Under the pieces are notes generated by a model. It did no database searches and was not told where the DNA came from. It saw only the letters and a list, made by a program, of their open reading frames with translations. The position numbers and the translations under genes are program-made. A stretch of 64,000 nt of DNA from the IMG/VR virus record IMGVR_UViG_3300035703_000010, positions 62,001-126,000 of that record. One strand, written 5' to 3'. Of this stretch, positions 9,752 through 20,066 are shown piece by piece (the stretch's first letter is position 1; the number at the start of each line of letters is the position of its first letter).

Positions 9752-12700
9752 ATGGCTATTATAGCTCATATTGCCGACGTTCACTGGCGCGGATTAAGTC
9801 GACACGATGAATATCGTGAAGTATTTTCCTCTTTTATTAAAGAGTGCAAGAAAAATCGTGTAGAACACATTTTTGTTGGTGGAGATATCTTCCATACAAA
9901 GACTTCAGGAATTTCTCCTGAATATATTGATCAATTAACTTGGTGGCTTGAGTCTATGTCTGAAGTCGCTAAAGTTCATTTAACGCTTGGAAATCATGAC
10001 GGAAACTTGACAAATCTAACAAGGCAAGACGCCGTATCTCCTATTGTTCAAGCGCTTAACAATAAAAATGTCTTCTTGTATAAGAAAAGCGGAGTATACG
10101 AATTTTCTTCAGGTTTTAATTGGTGCGTCTACAGCCTCTTTGATGAAGAAGGATGGGATAGCGTAAAACCAGAGCCCGGAAAAATTAATATTGCTTGTTA
10201 TCATGGTGCAGTGTTAGGATGCATGACGGAGTCTGGATGGGAGATTGATGAATCTCATATTAAAGTAGATTTTTTTAAAGATTATCCTTTCGCATTTTTA
10301 GGTGACATTCATCAAATGCAATATTTGGGATACAGGGAAGATGTAAGTGGGAATAAAAAACCATGGATAGCTTATCCAGGAACTCCAATACAACAAAATT
10401 ATGCTGAAGAGCTTGATCATGGGTATCTGTTATGGGATATTAAATCTCAAGATAATTGGGATGTAACTTTTAAAAAGTTACCTAATCCAAAACCTTATGT
10501 TACTATTCAATGGGTTGGTTCAAAAAAAGATTTCTTAAAAGAAGCTTCAAAATATCCAAAGCAAACAAGATTTCGTATCAAATCCGCAATTGATCTCTCT
10601 CAAGACGATGTTTCATTTTTAACAGAAACTTTGAAGTCGAGTTATTCTGCTACTGAAGTAACGTTTAAGTCTGAATATAGAGCAGAAAGCGAAACAATAA
10701 AAGCTGGATCATCTACAATTGCAAAATCTGATTTGACTTCATCAGATGTAATTTTAGGATTAATTCAAACTTACTGCAAAGAGAATGGAAATTCTGATGC
10801 AGACTGGGAAAGCATATCTTCTCAAATAAAAAAGTACATGTCAACAGTCGCATCATCTGATGACTATGTTAAAGGTTCAAAGTGGTCTTTAAAACACTTG
10901 AAGTGGGACAACACGTTTGGGTATGGAGAAGACAACGAAATTGATTTTTCAAAGCTAAATGGAATCGTAGGCATATTTGGATCTAACAGAATCGGTAAAT
11001 CGTCCATTGTCGGAACAATGATGTATTCATTGTTTAACTCTACTGACAGAGGATCTATAAAGAATCTTCACGTTTGTAATATTAGAAAAAACTATTGTTC
11101 AGCAAGAGCGATTTTTGAGCATAATGGAAAGCTTTATATTACTGAGCGACAAACAACAAAATCGATTACAAAAAAAGGTATCGTAAATGCTTCTACTTCA
11201 TTGAATTTTTTTAGAATGAGAGATGATGGTGAAGTTGACGATCTTTGTGACGATATTCGTACAGGAACAGAAAAAGTAATTAGAAATCTTATCGGCAGTA
11301 GCGAAGATTTTTCATTGACATCTTTATCAGCGCAAGGAGATATCAACGCTTTTATCCACCAAGGTTCAACAAAACGACGAGCATCTTTGTCAAGGTTTTT
11401 AGGATTAGACATTTTTGATAAAATGTGTGATCTTTCATCGAAGGATCTAAGCACTTACAAGGCTCAATTAAAAAACTTTCCAGAAAAAAACTGGGATGAA
11501 TTGAAGCTTATAAATGAGTCAAAAACTGTAGACATGTCTAACAAATTAGATGAGTTAGTCTCTTATATTTCAGATGCTCAAAATAAATGCAGCGAGCTTC
11601 GTTCTCAGCTATCGACTCACCAAGGGCATAAAGCTGTTACTGTTCATGATGTTGAAATACAAGAAAAAAGAGTTAACTCATTAACAGTATCATGCAATGA
11701 AGCTTGTTCTAAGATTGATGTTCTAAAAGATGATATTAATAGCTTATCAGAAAAGCTGAAGATAGTCGAAGAAGTACAGTCTTCTGATAATGTTGAAGAT
11801 TTAAAAAACAAGCTATCAATGATTGATTCATTAGAAAAATCAATTTTAGAAATTCAGCATCTTCATGAAAAAGAAACAACTCTATTAAAGTCTCAACAAA
11901 AGTCTCTAAAAATTTTAGATGAAGTACCATGTGGAGATGATTATCCAACATGCAAATTTATTAAAGATGCTCATCAAAACAAAGAAAAAATTTCTTTGCA
12001 AGAAGAAAAAACAAGATCTTTGTTAAAGAAGCTAAATGAATTGAATGATGCATTGAAAGTTTTAGAAAAGGATTCTTTAATTTCAAAGCTTAGTAAGCTT
12101 GAAAAAGCTTCAACGCTATCTTCAAAGCTTCATTTAGAAATCTCAAAGAAAGAAACGGAAATTGAAAAGATACGCTCAACATGTGATGTTACAACAGATC
12201 TGTTGAAAGACGCTAAGCAACGTTTGGATGACCTTAAAGAGGCATTAAAAAATGATGAAAATTCAGAGGTTGTTTCTTTAAGATCAAAAATTGAAACATT
12301 GTCTAGGTCAATTAAGGAATGGGATGAGCAAAGAATGACATTAGCGACACAACGTGGTCGTCTTATGTCTGAACTTGAAAAGCTTGAATCTGAAAAATCA
12401 GCTAGAGATAACTTGCTGAAAAGTATGAAAACTTATGAAATTATCTCTTCTGCTTTTTCTAAAAAAGGAATACCTTTAATCATCACAAGATCTCAAATAC
12501 CTGTTATTAATGCAGAAATATCAAAAATTTTGCATGGTATCGTAGACTTTTCAGTAGAATTAGAAAATGATGATGATTCTGATGCTTCTGAAATATACAT
12601 CAATTATGGAGATTCTAGAAGAATCATAGAATTATGTAGCGGCATGGAAAAAACAATCGCGTCAATTGCATTAAGAGTTGCTTTGATCAATATTTCTTCA

Positions 12701-12910
12701 ATGTCAAAATCAGACATGTTTGTAATAGATGAAGGGTTTGGAACACTTGATGATGCAGGAGTTGAAGCTTGTAATAGACTCTTGACCAGTCTTAAGAAAT
12801 ATTTTAGATTAATTTTAGTTATAACTCACGTTGATGGTATAAAAGATATAGCTGATCACGTTTTAGAAATAACTAAAAATGAAAAAGATTCAAGGGTTGT
12901 TTACGTATGA
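9752..12910 (+). CDS. Fused Mre11/SbcD nuclease - Rad50/SbcC ATPase (T4 gp47-gp46-like recombination endonuclease)
   Basis: N-terminal phosphoesterase motifs IADVHW, GGDIFH, LGNHDG, LGDIH. Then Walker A GSNRIGKSS, long coiled coil with central PCGDDYPTC, signature CSGME, Walker B FVIDEGFGTLD, H-loop ITH. One uninterrupted 1052-aa ORF. Confidence 0.9.
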   Translation: MAIIAHIADVHWRGLSRHDEYREVFSSFIKECKKNRVEHIFVGGDIFHTKTSGISPEYIDQLTWWLESMSEVAKVHLTLGNHDGNLTNLTRQDAVSPIVQALNNKNVFLYKKSGVYEFSSGFNWCVYSLFDEEGWDSVKPEPGKINIACYHGAVLGCMTESGWEIDESHIKVDFFKDYPFAFLGDIHQMQYLGYREDVSGNKKPWIAYPGTPIQQNYAEELDHGYLLWDIKSQDNWDVTFKKLPNPKPYVTIQWVGSKKDFLKEASKYPKQTRFRIKSAIDLSQDDVSFLTETLKSSYSATEVTFKSEYRAESETIKAGSSTIAKSDLTSSDVILGLIQTYCKENGNSDADWESISSQIKKYMSTVASSDDYVKGSKWSLKHLKWDNTFGYGEDNEIDFSKLNGIVGIFGSNRIGKSSIVGTMMYSLFNSTDRGSIKNLHVCNIRKNYCSARAIFEHNGKLYITERQTTKSITKKGIVNASTSLNFFRMRDDGEVDDLCDDIRTGTEKVIRNLIGSSEDFSLTSLSAQGDINAFIHQGSTKRRASLSRFLGLDIFDKMCDLSSKDLSTYKAQLKNFPEKNWDELKLINESKTVDMSNKLDELVSYISDAQNKCSELRSQLSTHQGHKAVTVHDVEIQEKRVNSLTVSCNEACSKIDVLKDDINSLSEKLKIVEEVQSSDNVEDLKNKLSMIDSLEKSILEIQHLHEKETTLLKSQQKSLKILDEVPCGDDYPTCKFIKDAHQNKEKISLQEEKTRSLLKKLNELNDALKVLEKDSLISKLSKLEKASTLSSKLHLEISKKETEIEKIRSTCDVTTDLLKDAKQRLDDLKEALKNDENSEVVSLRSKIETLSRSIKEWDEQRMTLATQRGRLMSELEKLESEKSARDNLLKSMKTYEIISSAFSKKGIPLIITRSQIPVINAEISKILHGIVDFSVELENDDDSDASEIYINYGDSRRIIELCSGMEKTIASIALRVALINISSMSKSDMFVIDEGFGTLDDAGVEACNRLLTSLKKYFRLILVITHVDGIKDIADHVLEITKNEKDSRVVYV

Positions 12911-13206
12911 GTGAATGGAAACCATATCTTAATGATAGAGTTATAAAAAAGTGTGAAGGTTTTTACGTAATAAAACCTGCTGAAGATAGAGAATTTGTGC
13001 CAATAGCATGTCCAGTTTGCGATTATTTAATGAGATCTTCAGATGATGAAAAATCCTATAGGCAATTTAGTTGTTGTGAAAGTTGCGAAACATATTGGGC
13101 ACGCCCCAATCTTACAGCATGGAGAAATGGGTGGAGACCAGACAAAAAAGATGTATTAAAAAAGTTCTCTGAAGGAAAAAAGATATCTGTTGGTGTACAC
13201 ATTTGA
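12907..13206 (+). CDS. Small Cys-rich hypothetical protein (possible Zn-binding)
   Basis: CPVC and CCESC motifs. ATGA overlap with the upstream gene implies translational coupling. Confidence 0.6.
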   Translation: MSEWKPYLNDRVIKKCEGFYVIKPAEDREFVPIACPVCDYLMRSSDDEKSYRQFSCCESCETYWARPNLTAWRNGWRPDKKDVLKKFSEGKKISVGVHI

Positions 13207-13215
13207 TTTGTCTCA

Positions 13216-13222
13216 ATATTTA
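13216..13222 (+). promoter_or_regulatory. Candidate late promoter motif ATATTTA
   Basis: Upstream of the 13240/terminase unit. Confidence 0.45.
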
Positions 13223-13239
13223 ATTGGTAGAGATATAAT

Positions 13240-13620
13240 ATGTCAGACTTAGATTATAACGCTTTAGGTCAAGCTATAGACACAACGTGGGGTAAATCAT
13301 CATCTCCAATCGTCAATTCTTTTTCAGTGAAAATGTCTTTAATTGGACCTGATATGCTAAGAGTTTCATATCAAACCATAGTCAATTTTGCTTCTGAAAG
13401 ACAAATGCTTCAAGTGAAGATTAAAGAACAAGAATTATCTTCTGGTAACATTAAAACAGTCCTTGATGCTGTGAAAAATAGTTACAAGGATTTAACTTCT
13501 AAAACTCTTAAGTTAAAAGAAGTTAGTTCTGGAGACTCTGTAGAAATTATTGGAATGGCAGTGCATAATCCAAAGAAAACAGCAATCTATAGAAAAAATG
13601 TTATGTTTGAAGTAGGATGA
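13240..13620 (+). CDS. Hypothetical protein immediately upstream of the terminase
   Basis: 126-aa ORF abutting the terminase start, preceded by ATATTTA motif. No family recognised. Confidence 0.6.
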   Translation: MSDLDYNALGQAIDTTWGKSSSPIVNSFSVKMSLIGPDMLRVSYQTIVNFASERQMLQVKIKEQELSSGNIKTVLDAVKNSYKDLTSKTLKLKEVSSGDSVEIIGMAVHNPKKTAIYRKNVMFEVG

Positions 13621-13621
13621 A

Positions 13622-15256
13622 ATGCAAGACAAACCGCTGACTAAACAACAACAAGTTAATGAAATTGTACGTTGCGGAAAAGATCCTGCATATTTCATAA
13701 AAAAATACGCTAAAATACAACATCCATTAAAAGGGACAATACCTTTTGAGCTGTATCCTTTTCAAGAAGATTGCTTAAACGATTTTCAAAACAATCGTTT
13801 CAATATAGTTCTTAAATCTCGTCAGCTAGGTTTATCCACAGTCTCAGCTGCATATGCTACATGGATGGCGATCTTTTATAAAGATAAAAACATTCTTGTA
13901 ATTGCAACAAAATTAGCTACTGCTCAAAACTTTATTAGAAAAGTTCATGTAATGCTTCAATCGCTTCCTAAGTGGTTGTTAATGCCAAAATTTGAACCTT
14001 CAAAACAACAAATTTCTTTTAGTAATGGATCTATAGTAAAGGCAGTTCCAACTTCTGAAGATGCAGGACGTTCTGAATCTCTTTCATTATTAATTGTTGA
14101 CGAATGTGCATTTATTCGAGACTTTGACACGATATGGACAGGTCTTTATCCTACATTGACGACTGGTGGTAATGCTATCTTAATTTCTTCTCCAAATGGT
14201 GTAGGTGGACTATATTATCGATTGTGGGTAGAAGCAGAAGCTGGAACAAATGAGTTTAACCCAATTAGACTTCCATGGACTGTTCATCCTGAACACGATG
14301 AAGAATGGTTCATCAAGGAAACTAGGAATTTACCAAAACGAAAAGTAAGTCAAGAGTATTTATGCGACTTCATTTCTTCTGGTGATACGTTCTTACAATC
14401 TGAAGATCTAGAAGATCTCAGATCTATGATTAGGCACCCTATTGAAAAAGCTGGGTTTGATAGAAATATTTGGGTATGGGAACAGCCTGAAATTGAAAAA
14501 AGCTATGTTATTTCAGCCGACGTAGCTAGAGGAGATGCGTCTGATTATTCTGCATTTCATGTTATAAACCAAAAAACATGTGAAGTTGTTGCTGAGTATA
14601 TGGGTAAGATACCCCCCGAAAAGTTTGCAGATTTGCTTTCAGAATGGGGTAAGAAGTATAATAACGCTTTAATATGTCCAGAAAATAATACCTTTGGCTA
14701 CTTCGTTAACGTAAAACTTAGAGATACTGGATATCAAAGACTTTATTACTCAGGGCACAGAGGAGATCCATTTACTTATTCCCCAGTTACTCAAGACGAA
14801 TTACCAGGGTTTCAAACAAACCAAAAATCCCGTGTACAAATCCTTACAAAATTAGAGGAATTAATCCGTAACAAGACTTTAAAGAGTCATTCTCAAAGGC
14901 TTTATGATCAGCTACAGGCCTTTATATGGAACGGCAATAAACCAATGGCTTCAAAGGATAGCCATGATGACTTAATCATGAGTCTTGCTATAGGAACGTG
15001 GCTAACTGAAGGCGGTACAGGAAATAATGATGCTGGTTACGCAATGGCCATGGCGATGTTAAAAGCGACTGGCGTTTCGAGTATTGACGCTAGAGCAATA
15101 CCGAACAATCCAACTTATGCATTAGGGTCAAATTCAAAAGGCCAAAACCAAATTAATCATTCAAATGTGTATAAGCTTAGAGAAGCTTCACAAGTAAAAC
15201 ACTTAGATCCAAAAGCAAGTCATGGTATGGATGATTTAACGTGGTTATACAAGTGA
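13622..15256 (+). CDS. terL: Terminase large subunit (T4 gp17-like)
   Basis: KSRQLGLST (Walker A region), LLIVDECAF (Walker B), SSPNG coupling motif, ISADVARG and HDDLIMSL nuclease motifs. Confidence 0.95.
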   Translation: MQDKPLTKQQQVNEIVRCGKDPAYFIKKYAKIQHPLKGTIPFELYPFQEDCLNDFQNNRFNIVLKSRQLGLSTVSAAYATWMAIFYKDKNILVIATKLATAQNFIRKVHVMLQSLPKWLLMPKFEPSKQQISFSNGSIVKAVPTSEDAGRSESLSLLIVDECAFIRDFDTIWTGLYPTLTTGGNAILISSPNGVGGLYYRLWVEAEAGTNEFNPIRLPWTVHPEHDEEWFIKETRNLPKRKVSQEYLCDFISSGDTFLQSEDLEDLRSMIRHPIEKAGFDRNIWVWEQPEIEKSYVISADVARGDASDYSAFHVINQKTCEVVAEYMGKIPPEKFADLLSEWGKKYNNALICPENNTFGYFVNVKLRDTGYQRLYYSGHRGDPFTYSPVTQDELPGFQTNQKSRVQILTKLEELIRNKTLKSHSQRLYDQLQAFIWNGNKPMASKDSHDDLIMSLAIGTWLTEGGTGNNDAGYAMAMAMLKATGVSSIDARAIPNNPTYALGSNSKGQNQINHSNVYKLREASQVKHLDPKASHGMDDLTWLYK

Positions 15257-15289
15257 GAGTATACATATAAGCATTTCAGGAGTTTAAAA

Positions 15290-15592
15290 ATGGTATTTAA
15301 TAAAACAAAATTAATAAAGTCTTTAAATGAAGATGCAAAGTTTATCTATGAAGGACTAAATTCTCAAGAAGCTAGAGATTTATTTAAATGCGTCACGGAT
15401 CTTTATGAAGAAGTTAATGAATTTGAAAGTTCTGCACCTTCTGCAGCAATTGATGCATTGTCTCCTCATTTGACACGAGTTAAAGACATGCTTGAAACTA
15501 TGATGCAAAATCCAATGAATTACGTTTCTGATGCTAAGCAAGAAGATGAATCAGTTCCACAAAAAGTCATATTAAAGCCTTCTAAGGGTTGA
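15290..15592 (+). CDS. Hypothetical protein
   Basis: SD AGGAG. 100-aa helical ORF between terminase and portal. Confidence 0.65.
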   Translation: MVFNKTKLIKSLNEDAKFIYEGLNSQEARDLFKCVTDLYEEVNEFESSAPSAAIDALSPHLTRVKDMLETMMQNPMNYVSDAKQEDESVPQKVILKPSKG

Positions 15593-15649
15593 TTTTTTTA
15601 ATCAAACAATAATTTAAGTTTTATAATACTAAAAAGTTGAAGGCAAAAA

Positions 15650-17626
15650 GTGTCTAAAGAAAATAAAAATTTATTTCAAAGATTAAGTCGTTTATTTAAA
15701 AGCGGCCCTGTCGTAAAAAGAAAAGTAAAATCTCTTGACACTACTATTGCAGTCGCTGATAAAGTTAAATCATCAGGGGCTCTTCTTTTTCAAAGATCGA
15801 CGTCTCCTACATATTCAGTAATAACTGCTAATTCCTATAATCTCTCCGAGCGCTTGATGAGATATCAAGATTTTCAAGAGATGGAATACACTGCTGAAAT
15901 TGCAGCAGCGATGGACATTTATGCTGATGAAACTGTCGCACAAGATGATAAAGGAAGAGTTCTTCACATCTATTCTGATGATGAAAAAATAAGGGATATT
16001 CTTGAAGATCTTTTTTATAACGTTCTAAACGTAGAATTTAATTTAAGATCATGGGCTAGAAACTTAGTTAAATACGGAGATTTTTTCCTTTATAACGACG
16101 TTTCTCCCACACAAGGCGTCGTTCATGCATTTCCTATTCCTGTAAACGAAATAGAACGTGAAGAAAACTATGACCGTGAAGATCCTTTTGCAGTTAGATA
16201 TAGATGGTCTACTTTAGGAAATAGAACACTAGAAAATTGGGAAGTTACACATTTTAGGTTGTTAGGAAATGATATGTTTCTTCCTTACGGTTCATCTTTA
16301 ATCGAACCAGCAAGAAGAATTTGGAGACAATTGATTCTTCTTGAAGATGCTATGCTCGTTTATAGAATCGTTCGTGCGCCTGAAAGGCGTGTATTTTATA
16401 TAGACGTTGCTAACATACCTCCAGAAAACGTACCGATGTATGTTGAAGAACAACGTAAGAATCTTCGAACGAATCAAGTTATTGATCGTAATACTGGAAG
16501 AGTAGACTTGCGTTATTCTCCATTAAGCGTTGAAGATGATTATTTTATTGCAGTTCGCGGCGGAGAGTCTGGAACTAAAATTGATACGCTTTCAGGAGGT
16601 CAAAATGCTGCGACCGTTGAAGACGTACAGTACATGCAAAAGAAGTTATTTGCTGCATTAAAAGTTCCAAGAGCATACCTTGGATATGATGAAATGTTGT
16701 CTTCTAAGGCTACATTAGCTCAAGAAGACATACGTTTTTCTAGAACAATTAACGTAATTCAAAAAACTTTTATATCAGAACTTAATAAGTTAGCAATCAT
16801 TCATTTATATTCTAACGGTTATGATGGAGAAGAATTACAAAACTTTACATTAAGACTTTCAAATCCTTCAACAATCGCTCAGCAACAAAAACTTGAACTG
16901 TGGAAATCTAAGTTTGAAATTGGAGGCGCTCTTCCTGAAGGAATGGGAAGCAGAAGATTTGTTCAACGAGAGATTTGGGGTCTTAACGATGAGCAAATCG
17001 ATGAGATGAATGCTCAACGTTTGAAAGAAAAAATCACTGATCTAGGTATTGAAGGCGCGAAGGCAGAAGGTGGGGAAGAAGGCGGAGAAGCTGCTGGTGG
17101 AGCTGAAGATCTATTCGGAGGCGGAGAAGCTGGACCTGAAACAGGTGGCGAAGAACCAGCTGCTGGTGGAGAAACAGAAGAGGAAGAACTAACGGCTTCT
17201 GATGATGCTGCGGATGACGCAGGATTAGGAACTAAGCTTTTGATGTCTGGAGATATAGACGATGATATTTTGCCAAACCTAGATGAAAAAGACAAGCTTC
17301 CTGTATCACCAGGTGCTTATGCAAAAAAATACATGTATAACAGAAAAAGAAGAAAAGTGCAAAAGCACATGCCTGATTTTAATAAAATGTTATCATCAAA
17401 GAACCAATCCTTGTCAGATCCTAATGACAAAAATTGGATAAAAAGTTTAGTTAGCGATCCTTTTGGTGAATCAGTTAGCTTTGACGGTTCTTCATCTTCA
17501 CAGCCACCTTTGTCACCAAATATGATTTCTACCTTAAAAAGAATGACAAATTCTCTAGGAATTGCAAAAAAACAAGAAGGGCTTTTAGTAGAAAATCAAG
17601 AAATAGATATTGATATAAAAGAATAA
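15650..17626 (+). CDS. gp20: Portal protein (T4 gp20-like)
   Basis: EIAAAMDIYADE, LLEDAMLVYRIVRAPERRVFYIDVANIP, EDDYFIAVRGGESGTKIDTLSGG, KKLFAALKVP. Acidic Gly/Glu-rich C-terminal extension. Confidence 0.95.
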   Translation: MSKENKNLFQRLSRLFKSGPVVKRKVKSLDTTIAVADKVKSSGALLFQRSTSPTYSVITANSYNLSERLMRYQDFQEMEYTAEIAAAMDIYADETVAQDDKGRVLHIYSDDEKIRDILEDLFYNVLNVEFNLRSWARNLVKYGDFFLYNDVSPTQGVVHAFPIPVNEIEREENYDREDPFAVRYRWSTLGNRTLENWEVTHFRLLGNDMFLPYGSSLIEPARRIWRQLILLEDAMLVYRIVRAPERRVFYIDVANIPPENVPMYVEEQRKNLRTNQVIDRNTGRVDLRYSPLSVEDDYFIAVRGGESGTKIDTLSGGQNAATVEDVQYMQKKLFAALKVPRAYLGYDEMLSSKATLAQEDIRFSRTINVIQKTFISELNKLAIIHLYSNGYDGEELQNFTLRLSNPSTIAQQQKLELWKSKFEIGGALPEGMGSRRFVQREIWGLNDEQIDEMNAQRLKEKITDLGIEGAKAEGGEEGGEAAGGAEDLFGGGEAGPETGGEEPAAGGETEEEELTASDDAADDAGLGTKLLMSGDIDDDILPNLDEKDKLPVSPGAYAKKYMYNRKRRKVQKHMPDFNKMLSSKNQSLSDPNDKNWIKSLVSDPFGESVSFDGSSSSQPPLSPNMISTLKRMTNSLGIAKKQEGLLVENQEIDIDIKE

Positions 17627-17712
17627 TAAAAATTTTTATTAAATAATTTCTATTTCTTAATTACATTATATTATTTATTTTTTGTAACCACACAAGAAAG
17701 GATCTGACCTTA

Positions 17713-18570
17713 ATGTCGGCTCATAATAAGAAAAGAAACACTGGCTTGTTGTATGAATTTTTAATAAAGACGATATCACAAGCATTAGTAGATGATGATA
17801 AAAAAAGATCATCAAAAGCATTAAAGATAGTAAAAACTCATTTTAAGCCAGGAACAGAGTTATATAAAGAATTTAGATTAGTAAATTCTATAATGAAAAC
17901 TACTGTTAGTTCAGAGGCTGTTGCTTCATCAATTTTAAATGAAGCTAAATCTGCCGCAAGATCGCATGACTTAAATGCTCTTGATAAAGAAAAATCATTA
18001 TTGATTAGGTCAATAAACCACCAATTAAATGATGATAATTTTTATGATCAACATATTTCCGAATATAGAACTTTCGCTACAATTCAAAATCTCTTGAATG
18101 ACTGGAGATCAAAGTCTCCAGATTTATCAAGAATGGCAGAATATGAGGATCAGCTTGTTCGTTGGCTTGTGACTCAAAAGCAAGAGAAAAAAGATCATAT
18201 TGTCGTTGAAGGGTCTACTGGTTCTAGCAGACTTTTAATGAAAATCATGATGAAAAAGCTAGGCGAAAAATATGATAACGCTTTGACAAATGAGCAGAAA
18301 TCTTTGATAAAAGCATACGCATTTTCATCTGCAAATGACGATGACAAAACTATTTTATTGAAATTAAATGAAATAAAGCAAAAGCTTGTTGCATCGATAG
18401 ATTCATACATTTCAGAAAATTCTAGAGATGAAAAATACTTGTCTGACAAATTAAACCAAGTTAGATCAAGTCTTTTAGTTGAACACACTAAAGTTGATGA
18501 TTCGATAGTTGCTGAATACATGTTATACATCAAATTAATTGATGAATTGTCAGGAGGGGAAAATGTCTGA
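17713..18570 (+). CDS. Conserved head-region protein (possible prohead core component)
   Basis: 285 aa starting HNKKRNTGLLYEFL. Lies between portal and prohead protease. SD AAAGGA. Confidence 0.6.
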   Translation: MSAHNKKRNTGLLYEFLIKTISQALVDDDKKRSSKALKIVKTHFKPGTELYKEFRLVNSIMKTTVSSEAVASSILNEAKSAARSHDLNALDKEKSLLIRSINHQLNDDNFYDQHISEYRTFATIQNLLNDWRSKSPDLSRMAEYEDQLVRWLVTQKQEKKDHIVVEGSTGSSRLLMKIMMKKLGEKYDNALTNEQKSLIKAYAFSSANDDDKTILLKLNEIKQKLVASIDSYISENSRDEKYLSDKLNQVRSSLLVEHTKVDDSIVAEYMLYIKLIDELSGGENV

Positions 18571-19174
18571 CTTAAGATTATTAAATTCATACCAAATTTT
18601 TGATTATACTCCTGAAAAAATAAGAGAAGCAAGAGAAGAAAATTCTGGAAAAATTGTCATGAAAGGAATTCTTCAAAAGTCTGACACTCTTAATCAGAAT
18701 GGAAGAATTTATCCTAGAGTTGTTTTAGAACGCGAAGTAAGAAATTATCAAAAATTTATAGTAGAAAATAGAGCGCTCGGCGAACTAGACCATCCAGATT
18801 CTTCAGTTGTTAATTTAAAGAATGTTTCTCATATTGTAAGAGAAGCATATTTAGACGGTGATGTTGTTTATGGCTCTGTAGAGATACTAGACACTCCATC
18901 AGGAAAAATCTTACAGTCTTTAGTAGAAAGCGGAGTGAAATTAGGAATTTCATCAAGAGGCGTAGGAACGACCAAGAAGCAAGGCGACTATCAAATAGTC
19001 CAAGATGATTTTCAATTAATTTGTTGGGACTTTGTTTCTGAACCTTCAACTCCAGGAGCATTTATGATGGCTGAAGGAAGACAAATTAATCCAGAAGAAT
19101 TGCAAAAAGTATTCACAAAGTCAGATAGAATTGATAGAATTCTAAACGACATTTTAGTTTCGAAAGGTAAATGA
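18563..19174 (+). CDS. gp21: Prohead protease (T4 gp21-like)
   Basis: GILQKSDTLNQNGRIYP, ALGELDHP, NVSH, GISSRGVG, DFVSEPS. Start moved to ATG 18563, which has SD GGAGGGG. Confidence 0.92.
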   Translation: MSDLRLLNSYQIFDYTPEKIREAREENSGKIVMKGILQKSDTLNQNGRIYPRVVLEREVRNYQKFIVENRALGELDHPDSSVVNLKNVSHIVREAYLDGDVVYGSVEILDTPSGKILQSLVESGVKLGISSRGVGTTKKQGDYQIVQDDFQLICWDFVSEPSTPGAFMMAEGRQINPEELQKVFTKSDRIDRILNDILVSKGK

Positions 19175-19584
19175 ACATGGGAATGAAAGATCCTAGAGTA
19201 GGTTTCAATTCAGTTACTGAATTCATGGGATCAGGTCTCCCATGGGTTATAACTAGTACCGCTACAGACGTAGTCACACGTCATTCATTCGAAAAGATTA
19301 CAAAACATGTAATTATTCATAATTTAGCAGCTAGCGGAGTTTACCTTAGAGTAGGGTTCACTGAAAATGGAATCAATGGCGTCGGCGCTAGCTATTATTA
19401 CAAAGTTAATGGCGGACAAGTTTTTGAATTTGATGCTAGAATAAAAGAAGTTTTTATTTTAAGAGATGGAGCTACTAGCGCAGCTTATAGTTTATATGCA
19501 GAACTAACTAATATAGATTCATTTATGATGCCTATATTAACAGGATCTTTAAATGGTTCTCCATTTTGGAATGGGATTGGATGA
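19171..19584 (+). CDS. Hypothetical protein (beta-rich, possible head-associated)
   Basis: 137-aa ORF coupled to the protease stop (ATGA overlap). Confidence 0.6.
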   Translation: MNMGMKDPRVGFNSVTEFMGSGLPWVITSTATDVVTRHSFEKITKHVIIHNLAASGVYLRVGFTENGINGVGASYYYKVNGGQVFEFDARIKEVFILRDGATSAAYSLYAELTNIDSFMMPILTGSLNGSPFWNGIG

Positions 19585-19589
19585 TAAAA

Positions 19590-20012
19590 ATGGGTATTAC
19601 TAAACAACAATTAAAGTCTATCGTAAAAGAGTGTTTGGTAGAAATTCTTTCTGAAGGAATTAATACAACAAAAAATTCTATTCAAGAAACAAGAAATTCT
19701 AAATCTTTTCAAAAGCCTATTTCTAATCAGCCTGTTCATAAACGTGGACAAAATGTGAAATATTCGCAGACACTAGCAGAGACAATAAAAAGAGAATCAA
19801 ACGGAAACCCCGTAATGGAATCAATTTTTGCTGATACAGCGGCAAGTACTCTTCAAACGATGTTGTCTGAAAATCAATATGCTCAACCGCAAGTACCTGC
19901 AGGCTCTATAGAAGGAACTGTCTCTCGCAGTACTCCTGAACAATTATTTGGAGATGATGTTGCTTCAAAATGGGCTGAACTAGCTTTTTCAGAAACTCCA
20001 AAGAAATTTTAA
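19590..20012 (+). CDS. Putative internal head/core protein
   Basis: Starts MGITKQQLKSIVKECLVEILSE, an amphipathic motif shared with other small head-region ORFs. Confidence 0.55.
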   Translation: MGITKQQLKSIVKECLVEILSEGINTTKNSIQETRNSKSFQKPISNQPVHKRGQNVKYSQTLAETIKRESNGNPVMESIFADTAASTLQTMLSENQYAQPQVPAGSIEGTVSRSTPEQLFGDDVASKWAELAFSETPKKF

Positions 20013-20029
20013 TTTTTTTTTTAGTAACA

Positions 20030-20036
20030 ATAATTA
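20030..20036 (+). promoter_or_regulatory. Candidate late promoter motif ATAATTA
   Basis: Upstream of the 20067-scaffold-MCP run. Confidence 0.45.
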
Positions 20037-20066
20037 AAGTATATATATTTGCACGAGGGTTATATC

